DNA of 62,801 nucleotides, the filler included, from Rhabdomonas costata (lineage: Eukaryota): NCBI GenBank assembly GCA_019059605.1. It is 31 parts of 31 records of this genome, joined end to end, with 100 filler letters (N's around TTAATTAATTAA, not from the genome) between each part and the next. Parts side by side here need not be neighbours in the genome. Positions count along the whole stretch, not along the records: positions 1 to 1,929 come from JAHMHO010007272.1; positions 2,030 to 3,958 come from JAHMHO010007273.1; positions 4,059 to 5,987 come from JAHMHO010007274.1; positions 6,088 to 8,016 come from JAHMHO010007275.1; positions 8,117 to 10,034 come from JAHMHO010007276.1; positions 10,135 to 12,064 come from JAHMHO010007277.1; positions 12,165 to 14,085 come from JAHMHO010007278.1; 24 more parts are not named here. One strand, 5' to 3'. Positions 1 through 12,332 of this stretch are shown here, piece by piece (the first letter of the stretch is position 1; every line of letters starts with the position of its first letter). The notes under the pieces were generated by a model that saw only the letters and a program-made list of their open reading frames with translations, ran no database searches and was not told the origin of the DNA. The position numbers and the translations under genes are program-made.

Positions 1-702
1 GGGGTGTTGTTTCAGGATTAATTTGAACTGGAATTTTTACAACTGGTTCTTCTGTACCAGCACCACCTTTTTTAATTAAATTATGATTTTTAATTAGTTT
101 TTTGACATTATTATTTTTAACTGAGATATTCTCATTTGAAAGTTTGTTGTATTTTGATTTATATTTCAAATATTTATAATGATAATCCATTTGAAATATA
201 TTTATATGAGATTTTTGTATTCATTTATTTAATTTAATTATATATTTTTAACTGTATTTTCAAATTGTATTTTTGTGTATTAAACTTACATATAAAAAAG
301 TATAACAAATTACTTTATTTCACTGTTTAAATATTGTAATATCCACTAATCTGAACACTGCTGCAAAATGTTAAAATGAATGGATGGCTGACTCCATACT
401 TGGATCAGATAGAGAATCTAAGAAGGTTTAACCAATGTTGGTACCAAGCTAGCACAGACCAAGGTACAAGTTTGATACAAAAAAAAAGGAAAAAAAACCC
501 GTCTGTTTGTGATTGTGCAACTTGATATTCGGTAAAAACAACATTTGAGAAGTGTTTAAAGTGATCGCAGAAACAATGCAGTTCATCCAAACGAAGGACT
601 TATATATGTATAATGGACGACTATATATTGAGATTATGTGGTTTGTGTATATGTACTGTAATGTAGCCGTTTGGCACTTGTTTTTTTTTTTACTTTTTGA
701 CA

Positions 703-1258
703 TATTATGTAATTACATATGTCATTGACTATGTCATTGTCTATGTCATCAACAATGTCATTAACTATATCATTGACTATGTGACTGACTAAGTATGCGC
801 GCATATTATGGTTCTTGAATCATTAAGATGTTAATAATCTTTTCTATAAAATATTTTATTGTTTTATAAAAAATATGTAAACATTTACATCAATAGTTTT
901 TTACAAAATATTTTATTGATTTCATAAAAGAAAAGATATAAACACATGTATTAAAATGCACTGTAATAAAAACCATTATATGCGCCTAACATTCCGCAAT
1001 TTAATGTAATTACATATGTCTTTGACTTTGTCATTGATATTGACTATGTATAGGAGCATATTATGGTTCTTAAACCATTGAGATGTTAATAAACTTCTTT
1101 ATAAAATATTTTATTGTTTTATAAAAAATATGTAAACATATGCATCAATAATTTTTTTACAAAATATTTTATTGATTTCATAAAAAATATGTAAACATAT
1201 GCATCATAAATTTTTTTACAAAATATTTTATTGTTTTATAAAAAATATGTAAACATAT
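703..1258. repeat. Nested AT-rich tandem repeats: ~12-bp ATGTCATTGACT units, ~58-60-bp units and a ~300-bp tandem duplication
   Basis: ATGTCATTGACT-like units at ~718-795; AAAATATTTTATTG(T/A)TTT(T/C)ATAAAA...TATGTAAACAT units about five times at ~845-950 and ~1100-1258; the block ATGTAATTACATATGTC...CATATTATGGTTCTT occurs at ~707 and ~1004. Confidence 0.85.
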
Positions 1259-1599
1259 TGCCCGTTTCACTTCAAAACTGAGAGGTGGAAAACCGTTTCC
1301 CAAAAGGGAGACATTTCGGACTTACAGAGGTTTGGAGGGGGAAATTTTCGATTTTCACCGATATTGTCGGAATGAAATGCGCCCTGTGAGCGTTTCCTGA
1401 TGAATCTGGGAGGGTGAGTTTGGTGCCGTTTTTGAACCAGGATAACACCCCTGCTTGTAAGAATTGCCCACATTTTTGCTGACGGTGGTTGCTTTAAGGC
1501 AACTGAAGGAAACTATTCATTTTAGTGTGCATCTTTCCTCGGAGTCCTGACAGTTTGATGTTTGTGTGGGAAACTCTCACTTTTGAGATGAAACGGGCC
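1259..1599. mobile_element. Non-autonomous DNA transposon (MITE), ~340 bp
   Basis: 25-bp terminal inverted repeats: GCCCGTTTCACTTCAAAACTGAGAG (1260-1284) vs the reverse complement of 1574-1598, GCCCGTTTCATCTCAAAAGTGAGAG (22/25). ATAT flanks both sides, and the interior is more GC-rich than its surroundings. Confidence 0.75.
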
Positions 1600-1929
1600 A
1601 TATTTTTATTAAAATGTAATAAAAACCATTGTACAATTCCAGCCTGAAGCACAAAGTGCTTTGAACTTGAATTTTAGATCTCAAGGATCTATACAAATCA
1701 TTGAGATCTCTGCGCTTATTTGTCCGCGATTTTATGTAATTACTTATGTCATTGACCATTGACTATGTTATAATGATGTCATTAACTCTAATTAAGTCAT
1801 GTAATTAACTACATCAGTTACTATATTATTAACTGATTTAATTTATAATTTATTACTTTTGTGTACAATGAATTTATTAAAAAAAATTGAATATTAAAAA
1901 TATTTAATTTAAAAATAAAACAAAAACAC

Positions 1930-2029
1930 NNNNNNNNNNNNNNNNNNNNNNNNNNNNNNNNNNNNNNNNNNNNTTAATTAATTAANNNNNNNNNNNNNNN
2001 NNNNNNNNNNNNNNNNNNNNNNNNNNNNN
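1930..2029. other. Artificial contig-joining spacer (first of 30 identical spacers, roughly every 2.03 kb)
   Basis: 44 N + TTAATTAATTAA (stops in all six frames) + 44 N; repeated identically throughout, and gene content changes abruptly across each spacer. Confidence 0.99.
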
Positions 2030-4536
2030 GGTTTTGCGGTGCCTGGAGCTGCGACTGGACTGGGCGAGCGAAGCCGCAGTGAAGCCCACCATATAGGACG
2101 GACGCCGACCGCCAGGGCGAGAGCGGCGACGTGAGAACCTGGCATTTTTTGGTTTTGCCCTTAAAACTTTTGCGCGGGCATTTTGATCATGCCTTTTCTA
2201 CCTTTTCTACCTTTCTACCTTTTCTAGTTTGTCTTCTCTTTGTAATTGTAATTCCAGGATAGGGTGTGACTTGATACTGCGAATTTAATTTGTTTTCAAG
2301 CTGTTTGTCACCTATGGGAAGTGTGGACTTGCCCTTTGCTGAGCTTTGACAGACAATGGTTTAGAATTATTTGAACGGTTCCATTGCGAGAATGGAAACG
2401 GAATGACACCCCGCATTCAGGCTTTGCATCATCCGTGACTGGATTCCGGGGGGGGGGGTTCCCCCACCTCTCCTCCCTTCCCGCATCTGTGTGACTAGAC
2501 AATTGGTTTCCCCTGTCATATCTGCAGGTTATTGTTAACCATTTGCTTGCTCACATTATTTCCTCGCCTGATTTGCTGGACCAATCTTCAATCTTCATTT
2601 GTGTAATTGTTCCGGCCATCCACTGGTTTTGTTTTGGTCATATGCGTTTGATGGTCCATGTTTAGATTCCTGGCGTTTTTAACCTCCTTTTTCCTTTTCG
2701 AGAGAGAGAGAGAGAGAACCACCTGACACTTTGGTAAGGATGCGGTGGCTTCTTGACATCAGCTATGGGGTTTTGCCGGACCAAAGGACCAGCTTGCACA
2801 GCCTGTTCTACTCCCCGAAGCACAAGGTCTCTTCTCGGCGCTCGTGGTGAGGGAAAGACCTCTTGCATTTCCCCCTATCACGTTTCATGCACATGATAAC
2901 GCTTACCAGCGTTACCGGCGTTTTATTTCCCTTCATCTGTTCTTCAGCCGTTTTATGTCCTCCGAAGCGGTGCATTGTCTGCTGAATCCCAACTCCAGTG
3001 CTCTCCGACCTTTCCTGTGGAGTCTAAATTGGGGTACCTTGCACGAGGTACATGCCACGATTGTGTCCCACCCTGAAGCAAGGGCACAGCATTGACCGCA
3101 GTATTGAGAGGCTCCTAATATTCCTTTGACAGGATGGTGTGCGCTTGCGCGCTCCATCAGGGACACACAAGCTACTCAAAACAAAGACAAACCTTGGAAG
3201 CCTGTGCGTTGTAAAAACTTAGGTGGGAAGTGAAGTGAAACGACCCTTCCAAGAAAGTTGCGGTAAACATTCGAGGAAGCCCTTCTCTTTTTTGCAGGTT
3301 CTGGTTCATCGGAAGGACCTGTTGGAGGAGATAGACAGTTATTTCTGTCCCCGATGTCTGCAGGTTCGACCCGTTTTCTGTGCTTCGATTTAGCAGGTCC
3401 CGAGGGGGCGCGGTTGTACTTCAAGGGTGGGACGAAAGACCCAAACTTCCGGTGTTTCGTGGAACTTTAATTTGCTTGTCTTGTGGCAATGTCTGTTTCG
3501 CTGCGGAAAAGCGAGAACCACAGCTGACGAATGGGTGACTGAGCAAGAACAAGAAGACATATGCCGTGACTTCAAATTTGCCTTCAGGCGAGCAAGGAGG
3601 GCTGTTGGGAGAGGAGAAACAGAAAGGAGAGCAGAAACAGATTTCGATAATTCTCTCAGGTAACGGAGCCGGAAACACCCCAACCCCTCTTGGGAAGGCG
3701 CTTTTTGAAAGTCGTGGTTACGCCAGTTGCACAACATAGTCCAGTCATTCCGCTTGTCGCCGCTTAAAAGGATACAGATGAGACAATGAAGACACATGGA
3801 TGCGGAAATGTTAACTATTTGGTTTCACACGCCCTCGGCAACAGACTGGTCAGACAAGGTTGGCAGCGCTCTTCCATTGAATGTTCATGATGTGGCTTCC
3901 TATGTCACTGCCTTCCTTTGTAGGAGCTGAGCTGCAGCGAGCAATTGGCATACAGGGGNNNNNNNNNNNNNNNNNNNNNNNNNNNNNNNNNNNNNNNNNN
4001 NNTTAATTAATTAANNNNNNNNNNNNNNNNNNNNNNNNNNNNNNNNNNNNNNNNNNNNTGTGTTGGGTGGGATTGCGAGGTCCGCTCAAAGTAATTATGG
4101 CCAGGAGTCTGGTAACGGGTTTTGGAGACAGTGGCAAGCCACCGAGTGGACATAACTCTGAGGAGCGGTTGGTCCGGGAAGGACAAACATAAACCGGGGG
4201 GAGGCCGTATGCGGGCTCTTCAGTTAACCCGTGGATCGTGGATTGCCTTATACCTGAATCTGGTCGGCCGAGTGCGGCCTGATGGCCAGCCTTATGTCTG
4301 GGATATGTCACTTGGGTGGGAGGCATGATCATGTGTTTATGCATCGAAAAAAAACTAAAGAACACTGAGAACGCGGCGTGCAGCGTTTTGCATGGATGTC
4401 ACCACGGTGGGTGGGGGGTGGGGCAAAAACGCAAAGAAGCAAATCCGGAGGAAAGTGAAGTCATGTCGAGTTTGGGTGTGCGTTGACATTACTGTGTTGT
4501 GTGCTGAGCATACGGCTGCAGATGCAGCCGGGAGAC

Positions 4537-4759
4537 CTGGAGCCTCAATGAATCCGGTGGTGATGTTGTCCCCAGCGGAGGTGAGGCCGGTGATGTTGGA
4601 GAACAACTTGCAGGACAGCACGCCCTTGTCGAAGACCCAGCCCTGACAGCCCGTGGTGGCACTGCAAGTGTCACAGCAGGCGCTGGGACTGGCCGCAGAG
4701 ACGGCGGAGCCCATCATGATGCCCACAGCGGTCGTCCAGCGCTGGTAGGAGCACACCCC

Positions 4760-4795
<36 letters not shown>

Positions 4796-5531
4796 GACAT
4801 CCAGACCGCACCGTGCTTCCGGGGAAGAGCTCGCAGAACACTAGCCCGAGCAAAACTTTCTTTTTTTCGTGATTTTAAACAACAACAACCCTCAGCAGCC
4901 AATTTGCACAGAAGCACAGCTGCAGAACAGCGCGTATGAGAGATCTCAAGTAAGCCAACAGCCACTGAAGCTATTGGCTTCCCATTGATACATACACGCA
5001 ACGAGAGGGCGAGGGAAAGGGAAAGAGGGAGGAAGGGGAGCAGGGGGACGAAAACTTCAAGACAATTGATCATTTCCATTTCTCCGTGACCTATATCAGC
5101 CCTTCTCCTCTCTGTTGCCGTCTCCAGTTCGGCAGACCACACGCGTAACCCAAACACACAAGAAGGCCCAGAAATACCCACAATGCAACCCCACCCCTCA
5201 CCCCTCAAAAAAAAACGCAGTCCTACGCCGAGTCCAAGGCAACAGCACCCGAGAGGGGTGTTGGGGAGACCCGAGGGCGTCTAGGGACCGGAAGGCAGAG
5301 GACGTGGGCGACCTGTAGCCATGATGCCTGAGCTGCGGGAGTTGGCGTACGCCCCCACCCCGGTGATGGAGGACAGCAGCTGGCAGGCCCCGGTGGTGGC
5401 CTCGAAGACCCACGCCTGACAGCCCCCTGTGGTGCGGCACGCCGCGCAGCACTGCCCCAAGTTGGAGAGCACCGAGGTTGCGCCCAGCGAGGCGCCCACC
5501 AGACCCGCTCCAGGAAGGTGCGAGCACCCCG
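4537..5531 (-). CDS. Extracellular protein with tandem PAN/Apple domains (partial; exons 5531-5313 and 4758-4537)
   Basis: Two AG...GT-bounded exons each encode C-x~20-CCxxC-x4-C-x2-WVF-x5-C-x-L (QCCAACRTTGGCQAWVFEATTGACQL; ACCDTCSATTGCQGWVFDKGVLSCKL), the PAN_4/Apple pattern. Confidence 0.8.
4763..4791. repeat. (GA)n microsatellite serving as the polypyrimidine tract of the second PAN exon
   Basis: Reads (CT)n-CGCAG on the minus strand immediately before the exon start at 4758. Confidence 0.9.
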
Positions 5532-6092
5532 CTGAGGGACGAAGACGGAGTACAGATAAGAAATGCAATTCCCTGCCCCACCAACCTCAGTAAGTCCAAA
5601 CAGTGCTTTTCGGAAACGTTTCCTACCTCTGACCGTTGAAGTGAAACGGGAAATACAATAAAGTAGACCCCCCTTACTTTGACGCACTTTTCCAGCTCAG
5701 AAGATAACCAAGGTCGTCAGGAGGGGGGGATGCTTTTCGGCCATCAAGCGCACACACCAAGACCTCGCGGTGCTGCATTGTTGCGCACACCATCAAGACC
5801 GATGTTCATAAGTTCGCAGGCAACCCTGTGGGATGGAGCATCAACTTAATTGAAGAGATCCAACAGGAGCAGAATATAATCGCTCCGCTGCATAGTTTGC
5901 GTTCAATTCAGATCTGCCCAACATTCACTGCCACATACCTCCGGTGTAATTACCAGAGAGCCAAAAGGGGGGAGGGAGGGAGGGAGANNNNNNNNNNNNN
6001 NNNNNNNNNNNNNNNNNNNNNNNNNNNNNNNTTAATTAATTAANNNNNNNNNNNNNNNNNNNNNNNNNNNNNNNNNNNNNNNNNNNNTTGGT

Positions 6093-6198
6093 GGGGATAA
6101 TTGTGCGTGCCCTGACCTGCAATATTCCGCTATTCCTCGAAAATAAAAGAACCAGTCCTGAGGAAAGATTGCAGGTCAGGGCACGCACAATTATCCCC
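6093..6198. repeat. Contig-terminal perfect inverted repeat (31-bp arms, 44-nt loop)
   Basis: GGGGATAATTGTGCGTGCCCTGACCTGCAAT (6093-6123) is the exact reverse complement of 6168-6198. Confidence 0.95.
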
Positions 6199-6256
6199 TC
6201 CAACCCTTTTTCGGCCGGAATTCGAAAACCAAAGAGCCAAGATAACATGCAATAGC

Positions 6257-7583
6257 TCACGGACCTCTGCACTGCGGAAGATCGCGATTGGGGCTCGCAC
6301 GGGGGGAGGCACAAGGGGCCGCCAGCTGACTCCGTCCCGGTGAACGCGAGGTATCGCTCGTCTTTGGCAAAACTTCGGCGGAACTGAGGAGGCAGGCGGG
6401 GTACTCACTCGTGGTCCCTGGCAAGCAAAGAATCACCGCGCTGCTGTTGGTTTGATAATCCCCTGCAGTTGAAACCCCAGCAGAGGCATCGATATCGATA
6501 TCGAGCGCCACTTGGTCTGCCCGCACCCTCGTGCCAGGACAACCACAACAGGGAGGAGGCGGTGGTGCCGGAGGACGAGGACGAGGAGAGCCAAGCGAAC
6601 GAAAGCTCGAGCCATCCCCTCCACTCGCTGAGCACGGCAGAGGCGAGGCAGGCGAAGGCGAAGAAACACCAACATGGTTCGAGGGAAAGGCTGGAAGCCG
6701 CAGCTCACGGACTTTCGGATGCTTTCTCGGATCCGTAACCAGCTTGCACAGCTGTGTGAAGAGGTATGCCCACCGGGCTTGAGAAGCACTGAAGCCTCTC
6801 CACCACTCCTCCACTATTGCCGCAGAGCCCTTCCATACCGGAAGCAGTTCACACAACGCACTCAGGGAGGCCTTGTGGAAAGGCTTGCCCCTGTGACACA
6901 GACGGGCCATGGGCTCCAGCGAGGCTCGGCCATCTCCCATGATACACCACACTTGCTCCTGCTCCTGCTCCAGCTCCTCGGAGCCTCGAGCTACACATGC
7001 ACGTACAGTGCTGCGGTCCAGCCTCCCTGAGCAAGGCAAAGGGCGGTCCCAACAATGGGTCAAAATCACACATCTCTATCCCACACCCACACAGAAGGCA
7101 AATTTGAAACCCACTCCCAGGCATCCGCTGAAGTATGGCGGTAGAGGAAAATGGCTGCACATGACATATTATTGAGGACATTATAAAAACAATTATAAAG
7201 CTGTCCCACACCTCTGACGTCGAAATCCGGACCGGCGGGGACGTCCACCGTAACCCCAGAAAACTCTTTCGCTGGTCCCAGGTGCCGGCACCGCTCCGCC
7301 AACTCTCGCAGCGCCTGCCGCTGCCCCTCACTGAACCGCGAGTACCATTGCTTCATCACCCCATTCGGGTCCTCTTGGGCGCTGTACCACACCTCGGGAA
7401 GGCACCGCCCAAGGGCTTCCAGCCGAGCCTCTCGGAACGAAGAAGGGCCTCGGTCTGCTCCAGTGATCTCCTCGAAGTCGCTCTCCGTGAGCTCGTCCCC
7501 GTTGCCCCATACGCACCACAGGTTGAGGATACGGTCGGGATCCTCAAACATGCAGCCCCGAGCAATGAAGGCGGTGCAGACAT
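6257..7583 (-). CDS. Unknown protein with an internally duplicated ~85-aa Trp-rich module (exons 7583-7212 and 6990-~6257)
   Basis: The GT-AG intron 7211-6991 joins two long open frames in phase 1. Both exons carry WCxxGxG...RG...FxxAxLxAL...LP-VW...WxxxFSxxQ...C. Confidence 0.65.
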
Positions 7584-10134
7584 CTGTGGATACAAGCACA
7601 GGTGTCAGTAAGCACCCATCAGGGGAACCTCTGCCCGATGACAACAGAGAGTGTGCAATTTTTTTAACTCAATCTGAAGAACTGTTTCTGGTATTTGGTC
7701 TGCGGAGTAAATATACATATAGCTGGAAAAGAAAAAACGTTGGTTTGAGGAGGGAGGTTCCGCCTGGGGTTTTCATGGATCACCCCTTTTCCTTTTTCTC
7801 CTTTGCGTAACAGTTGCCGTCAAGAGGGGCAAATTAGTCGAAGCTTAACACACGAGTCCGTGACCAATCTGTGGCAAATTAGAATGTTCAGGGATCTACC
7901 CAGAAGCCACTGCAACGACAAGAAGAAGGCTTCTTCAACCGACCGCAAGCGCCTGGCCTCGACGCATAGCCAGCTGGTAGAGAGAACGGCCGAGTTGTTT
8001 TTACGGAACAACAAAANNNNNNNNNNNNNNNNNNNNNNNNNNNNNNNNNNNNNNNNNNNNTTAATTAATTAANNNNNNNNNNNNNNNNNNNNNNNNNNNN
8101 NNNNNNNNNNNNNNNNGTGTTTTGTGGTGCAAACCATACAGACGGCGTTCATGGAACAGTTGAGGGTGGAGTTCAGAAGGGGCAGGGGCTTGTCCGTTAG
8201 AAATGTTGGGACGCAAACATTGCAGTAGTCGCAGTGTGCAGCGCTGAGGACGCATATCGGCTTGAAGAAAAAGGGATCGTGTGACCGATGGTCTAAATGT
8301 GCTCTGGAAACGACCGCGGAAGGACATCCGTCTCCCAGGGCTCTGGACACGCAATGGCCAGTGGATCCGTCAAGAAGGTTAAAAGATATCTATCGCGAAA
8401 GGACGCCTCAGCTGTGGCGTGTAACCCTTTGACTCTACGGAGCCGCCCCAGACAAAAAAGTCCAGACTGCACTGCGTTGGCCCGCAACATGGCTGCGTAG
8501 TGTAAATGCGACGCCAGTTCCATCACTGTCACCGGCAAACACGTCCTCGTGTATGCCATGACAGGAAAGCCGTAACAGGTTTCTTCCATTCCATTACTTC
8601 TTCTCTCCAACTCACCTTCATTGCCCTGATGGTGCCTCTTGCTCGCCGATTATATTTCTCAGGGTTTGAGCAGAGCACGAAAACTGGTTCACACTTCAGC
8701 TTTGTTTCAGAGTTTGCAGAACACTCTGGTGGCAGAACTACGACCTTTCTGGTGACTTCCGCGCTTTGTGCCGCGTGTAGCATGTGCAATGAAAAGATGA
8801 AGAAGAATTATTGTGTAAAAACAATACAAAAGAACTGCAGAAAAACTCAGTGCAGATAAAACGTAAATCTAAAGCATATGCACGTGAAAAATGTGAACAA
8901 CAAGCATTATATCAGCTGCGCGGAGCAATGTTTCGGACGACTTAATCCAATCAACATTTCATTGAAGCAAAAGCAATAGAATCTGCTTGCGCTTATTTTA
9001 CCAGGAGATGTACGTCGATACGTTACTGCGATTCTTCCATGAGAAAATGGGCGCAGGATGGTTTCACTTGCTTGTTTTACTGTGACGTTTACAGCAGCTG
9101 AAAACCTTCTTTATGTCTGATCCGTTTAAGTTCGATGTGGATGCATTTGTGGTGCAATACGTACAAAGGCACTGGTTTTCTGATGAATCTGGCTCCGGGG
9201 GTGATCCTTCATCCAAAGTGCACCCAGCGACGTGAACCGGGAACCGGCAGGGGGTTCTGCTGAATCACGGCAGCATGTCTCGTGTGTCTATCCAGTTATG
9301 CCCACTACACCAAAGCAATTAATCCACGACGTTTTTCACGCTGACCAACCATAAGAGGATTCTAACATCGCAAATCGAAAGAACTTCTGTGTTGGATGCG
9401 GCGGTGGAATTTTCGTCTTTGACGCGCAGTGGACGTGTAGAATCACGACCAGTTTCTCAAAGGTTTACCAGTGAATGATCACTTACGCCAAATCCGGAGG
9501 CAAGCATCGCTTAACCGCCAATTTGTATGTTGCTCTTTCTTTAACAGCTAAAAAACGTCTAACTCTAACCATCACGTCTTTGTGCTTCTTTTTATAGTCC
9601 TGAATTACATATTCCCTGTTCTTCTGTCTCTTCCTGGTGTTCAACTTTTACTCCACCAAGGACTCCAAGGCAGAGATTTTGGGCTTGACAGCCATGGTTT
9701 CAGAACCACTCATGACAGGAAACATTTCCACATGGGAGATGCTCCCGCCTTACGTCCGGAGAATGTGTGCACAAGAGTTATCTCACATTACCATGCATTG
9801 GCGACGGTGCAACTGGCGGTTGTATCCCACCAACATCGATGGAGTAATTTGTAGAAATTGCCAATGCTCCATGGGACCAGCCAGATAACCAATCTGTCCC
9901 CGACGTTGGCACAAAAGTGTTGCAAATCTCCTTATTTGTACTATGACTTTTTCAGTGTTTTATAGAAAACTGTCACGGCACTGCGGCACAGTCACAAAGT
10001 GTTCGTGAAGTGTGCAGCACAAAATACAAACAGGNNNNNNNNNNNNNNNNNNNNNNNNNNNNNNNNNNNNNNNNNNNNTTAATTAATTAANNNNNNNNNN
10101 NNNNNNNNNNNNNNNNNNNNNNNNNNNNNNNNNN

Positions 10135-11460
10135 GTTGGTGGTGAAGCAGAAAGAGCCACCGCACCTCAGTGCAAGTCTGGTCCTCTCCTCCGTCTTCGG
10201 GCTCCTCTCCATGGATTCCCAAGATGCCCAGCAGCTCGCTGTGCGCAGACTCCACGGCCAGGGCTATCGCGCCACCACTGTCCCGCCCCCACCACAGCTG
10301 AGGGGAGGCGACCTTGTAGTCCCCCACCGCAATGAAGGTCGGTGGGGCACCCGAGGAGGACGAGCAGCCCGACCTTGCCCCGGCCTGAGGCTGTGGCTGT
10401 ATATCGTACGCAAAGGGCGGCTTGGGCTCCGCTTTGGTGGACTGCAGCGCTGTGGAGAGAAGGATGCCAACACCTCCGGGAGACAGCCAGAACGCCCCTG
10501 CCGGTGCTCCTCTGATTCTGACATGCGCCAAGAGACTTGCAAGTTTTGACTTGGGCCATCCCAAAAGTACGGAGGGTGCAGTGGGATGGATGACGGGCGA
10601 AGGACATAGCATGAGAGCAACCGCAGACACTGAAGTCAGCAAGACAAACATGGTTGACCTGGGAACGATGTCCGGAACACAAAACCACAAAGTAAAAGGA
10701 GCAGAGGGGGTGGGGAGAAAGACGAAGAGGTTCTCATCACACAGCCAGGCAGCTCACGGTGAACGGTTTGTGGCGAAGGGACGAGTCACGGTGCATACCA
10801 GAAACCACAGTCCTTGTGCGGGGTACGGCACCACCAGCTCGGGCTGCTCCGCCGTCACAGAGAGGTCATAGTGGTGAGGGTCGGGCAACATGTGCCGTCG
10901 CAGCAGCACCGCAAAGCTTCGGTTCATGCCCCCCTCCGCGCACTTTCCGCCCTGTAAAAAGCGCGGCGTCAAAGGAATGTGAAATCCATAACGTCGATCC
11001 TGCTACGTAGAGGCGGCAGTGGTAGTTCTTTCAGCCCTCTGTGTCCTCCAAATCCAAAGGTGTCCTGAAGAGCGGTACTGCTTTCACTAGTATACAATGC
11101 TGCAAGCCGCTGGAAGAGAAAAACGAGGCTGTATGCCAACTGAAGGAGTGGCATACTTTCAGTTGACACCCAGCCACGGATATTCCAGAATTTGGCATCG
11201 CTAGCCAGTATTTCTGTCTAAGAGTAAGAGGTTTGCCCTCGCGTGCATTCATAATTCTGCTAATCCCTCCGACAACACCCAAAAGCTCGACCCCACACAA
11301 GGATGTGGGTGACATCAACTCACCCGAAAAAAGAGGGCGATGGACCTGGCTTGCCATTAGCCGCAGAGAGCTTCCGCTGCGCTCCGCTGGGACTGTGAGC
11401 TGAAAGTAGACGGACCCTGAAGGAGCACATGAGGAAAACAACAGAGCAAAATCCTGAGGG
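10135..11460 (-). CDS. Multi-exon gene fragment of unknown function; possible pre-peptidase-C-terminal/TMEM8-like beta domain
   Basis: GC-rich coding-like segments between AG/GT sites, e.g. FAVLLRRHMLPDPHHYDLSVTAEQPELVVPYPAQGLWFL (~10790-10955) and a longer exon at ~10155-10520. Exon borders are approximate. Confidence 0.4.
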
Positions 11461-12028
11461 CCGCTTTGAAAAGTCACGAAGGGCGGTGGTGCGCAGCGGC
11501 CTTTTAATGAGAATGAAATTTTGATAAAAGCAAAGGGAAGTTCTGCTATTCTGCTGTTGCTTTCATTTGGCATACACTATAGAAAATGAAGCGAAGAAAC
11601 GAAAGGCTAACAAGGATCCCGTGAGGGTGCGCAGAAACACATACCCAGACGGTCTTCCACGAAGCCTGTGGCGATGGTAGGACGCGGGATGGGCCGGTGG
11701 GGAGGAAATGTGCCCACCCAAACGTCGTCATCTGTGCAAGGCCGAGAAAAATCTAGAACCATCGGCACAAGAGGGAATTTGGGCACCACGATGTGTCCGT
11801 TGGGGGGGATGACGCGATTCAAACCCCCACCCCAAACCCCACCACCTAGCACACATTCATGAATTCGACTTTAATAATAGGCTCCACCGTGAACCGTGAG
11901 ATGGGAATGTCACACACACACTTTGTGTATCTTGGCCAAGTGTACTTTGCATACACTTGGCCAAGGCGACTTTTTTCCGGGGAAGACTCGCGTTTCTCTT
12001 CCCGACTGGGCTCCCTACACTCGGCCCA

Positions 12029-12064
<36 letters not shown>

Positions 12065-12332
12065 NNNNNNNNNNNNNNNNNNNNNNNNNNNNNNNNNNNN
12101 NNNNNNNNTTAATTAATTAANNNNNNNNNNNNNNNNNNNNNNNNNNNNNNNNNNNNNNNNNNNNGGGTGGTGGTGGGGGGAAAAGGCACACATCCCAGCA
12201 TACTGACAGCATAGGCGGCTTGTGATGTGAGGGAAATGTGCTCTCCTAAAGGCCACCCTGGCTGCACGCAGAAATTTCCGTCCAAGAGAAGAGAAGCCAA
12301 AGCTAAAGCTAAGGCTGAAAGCAGTAGGCTTA

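Noticed and set aside
2192-2227. TTTTCTACCTTT motif repeated here and inverted at ~60735-60770
   Set aside because: Short and low-complexity; not enough to claim a shared element.
2030-3958. Possible retroelement or zinc-finger remnants here and in 8117-10034 and 38571-42529
   Set aside because: No diagnostic RT, integrase or ordered Cys/His motif could be identified by eye.
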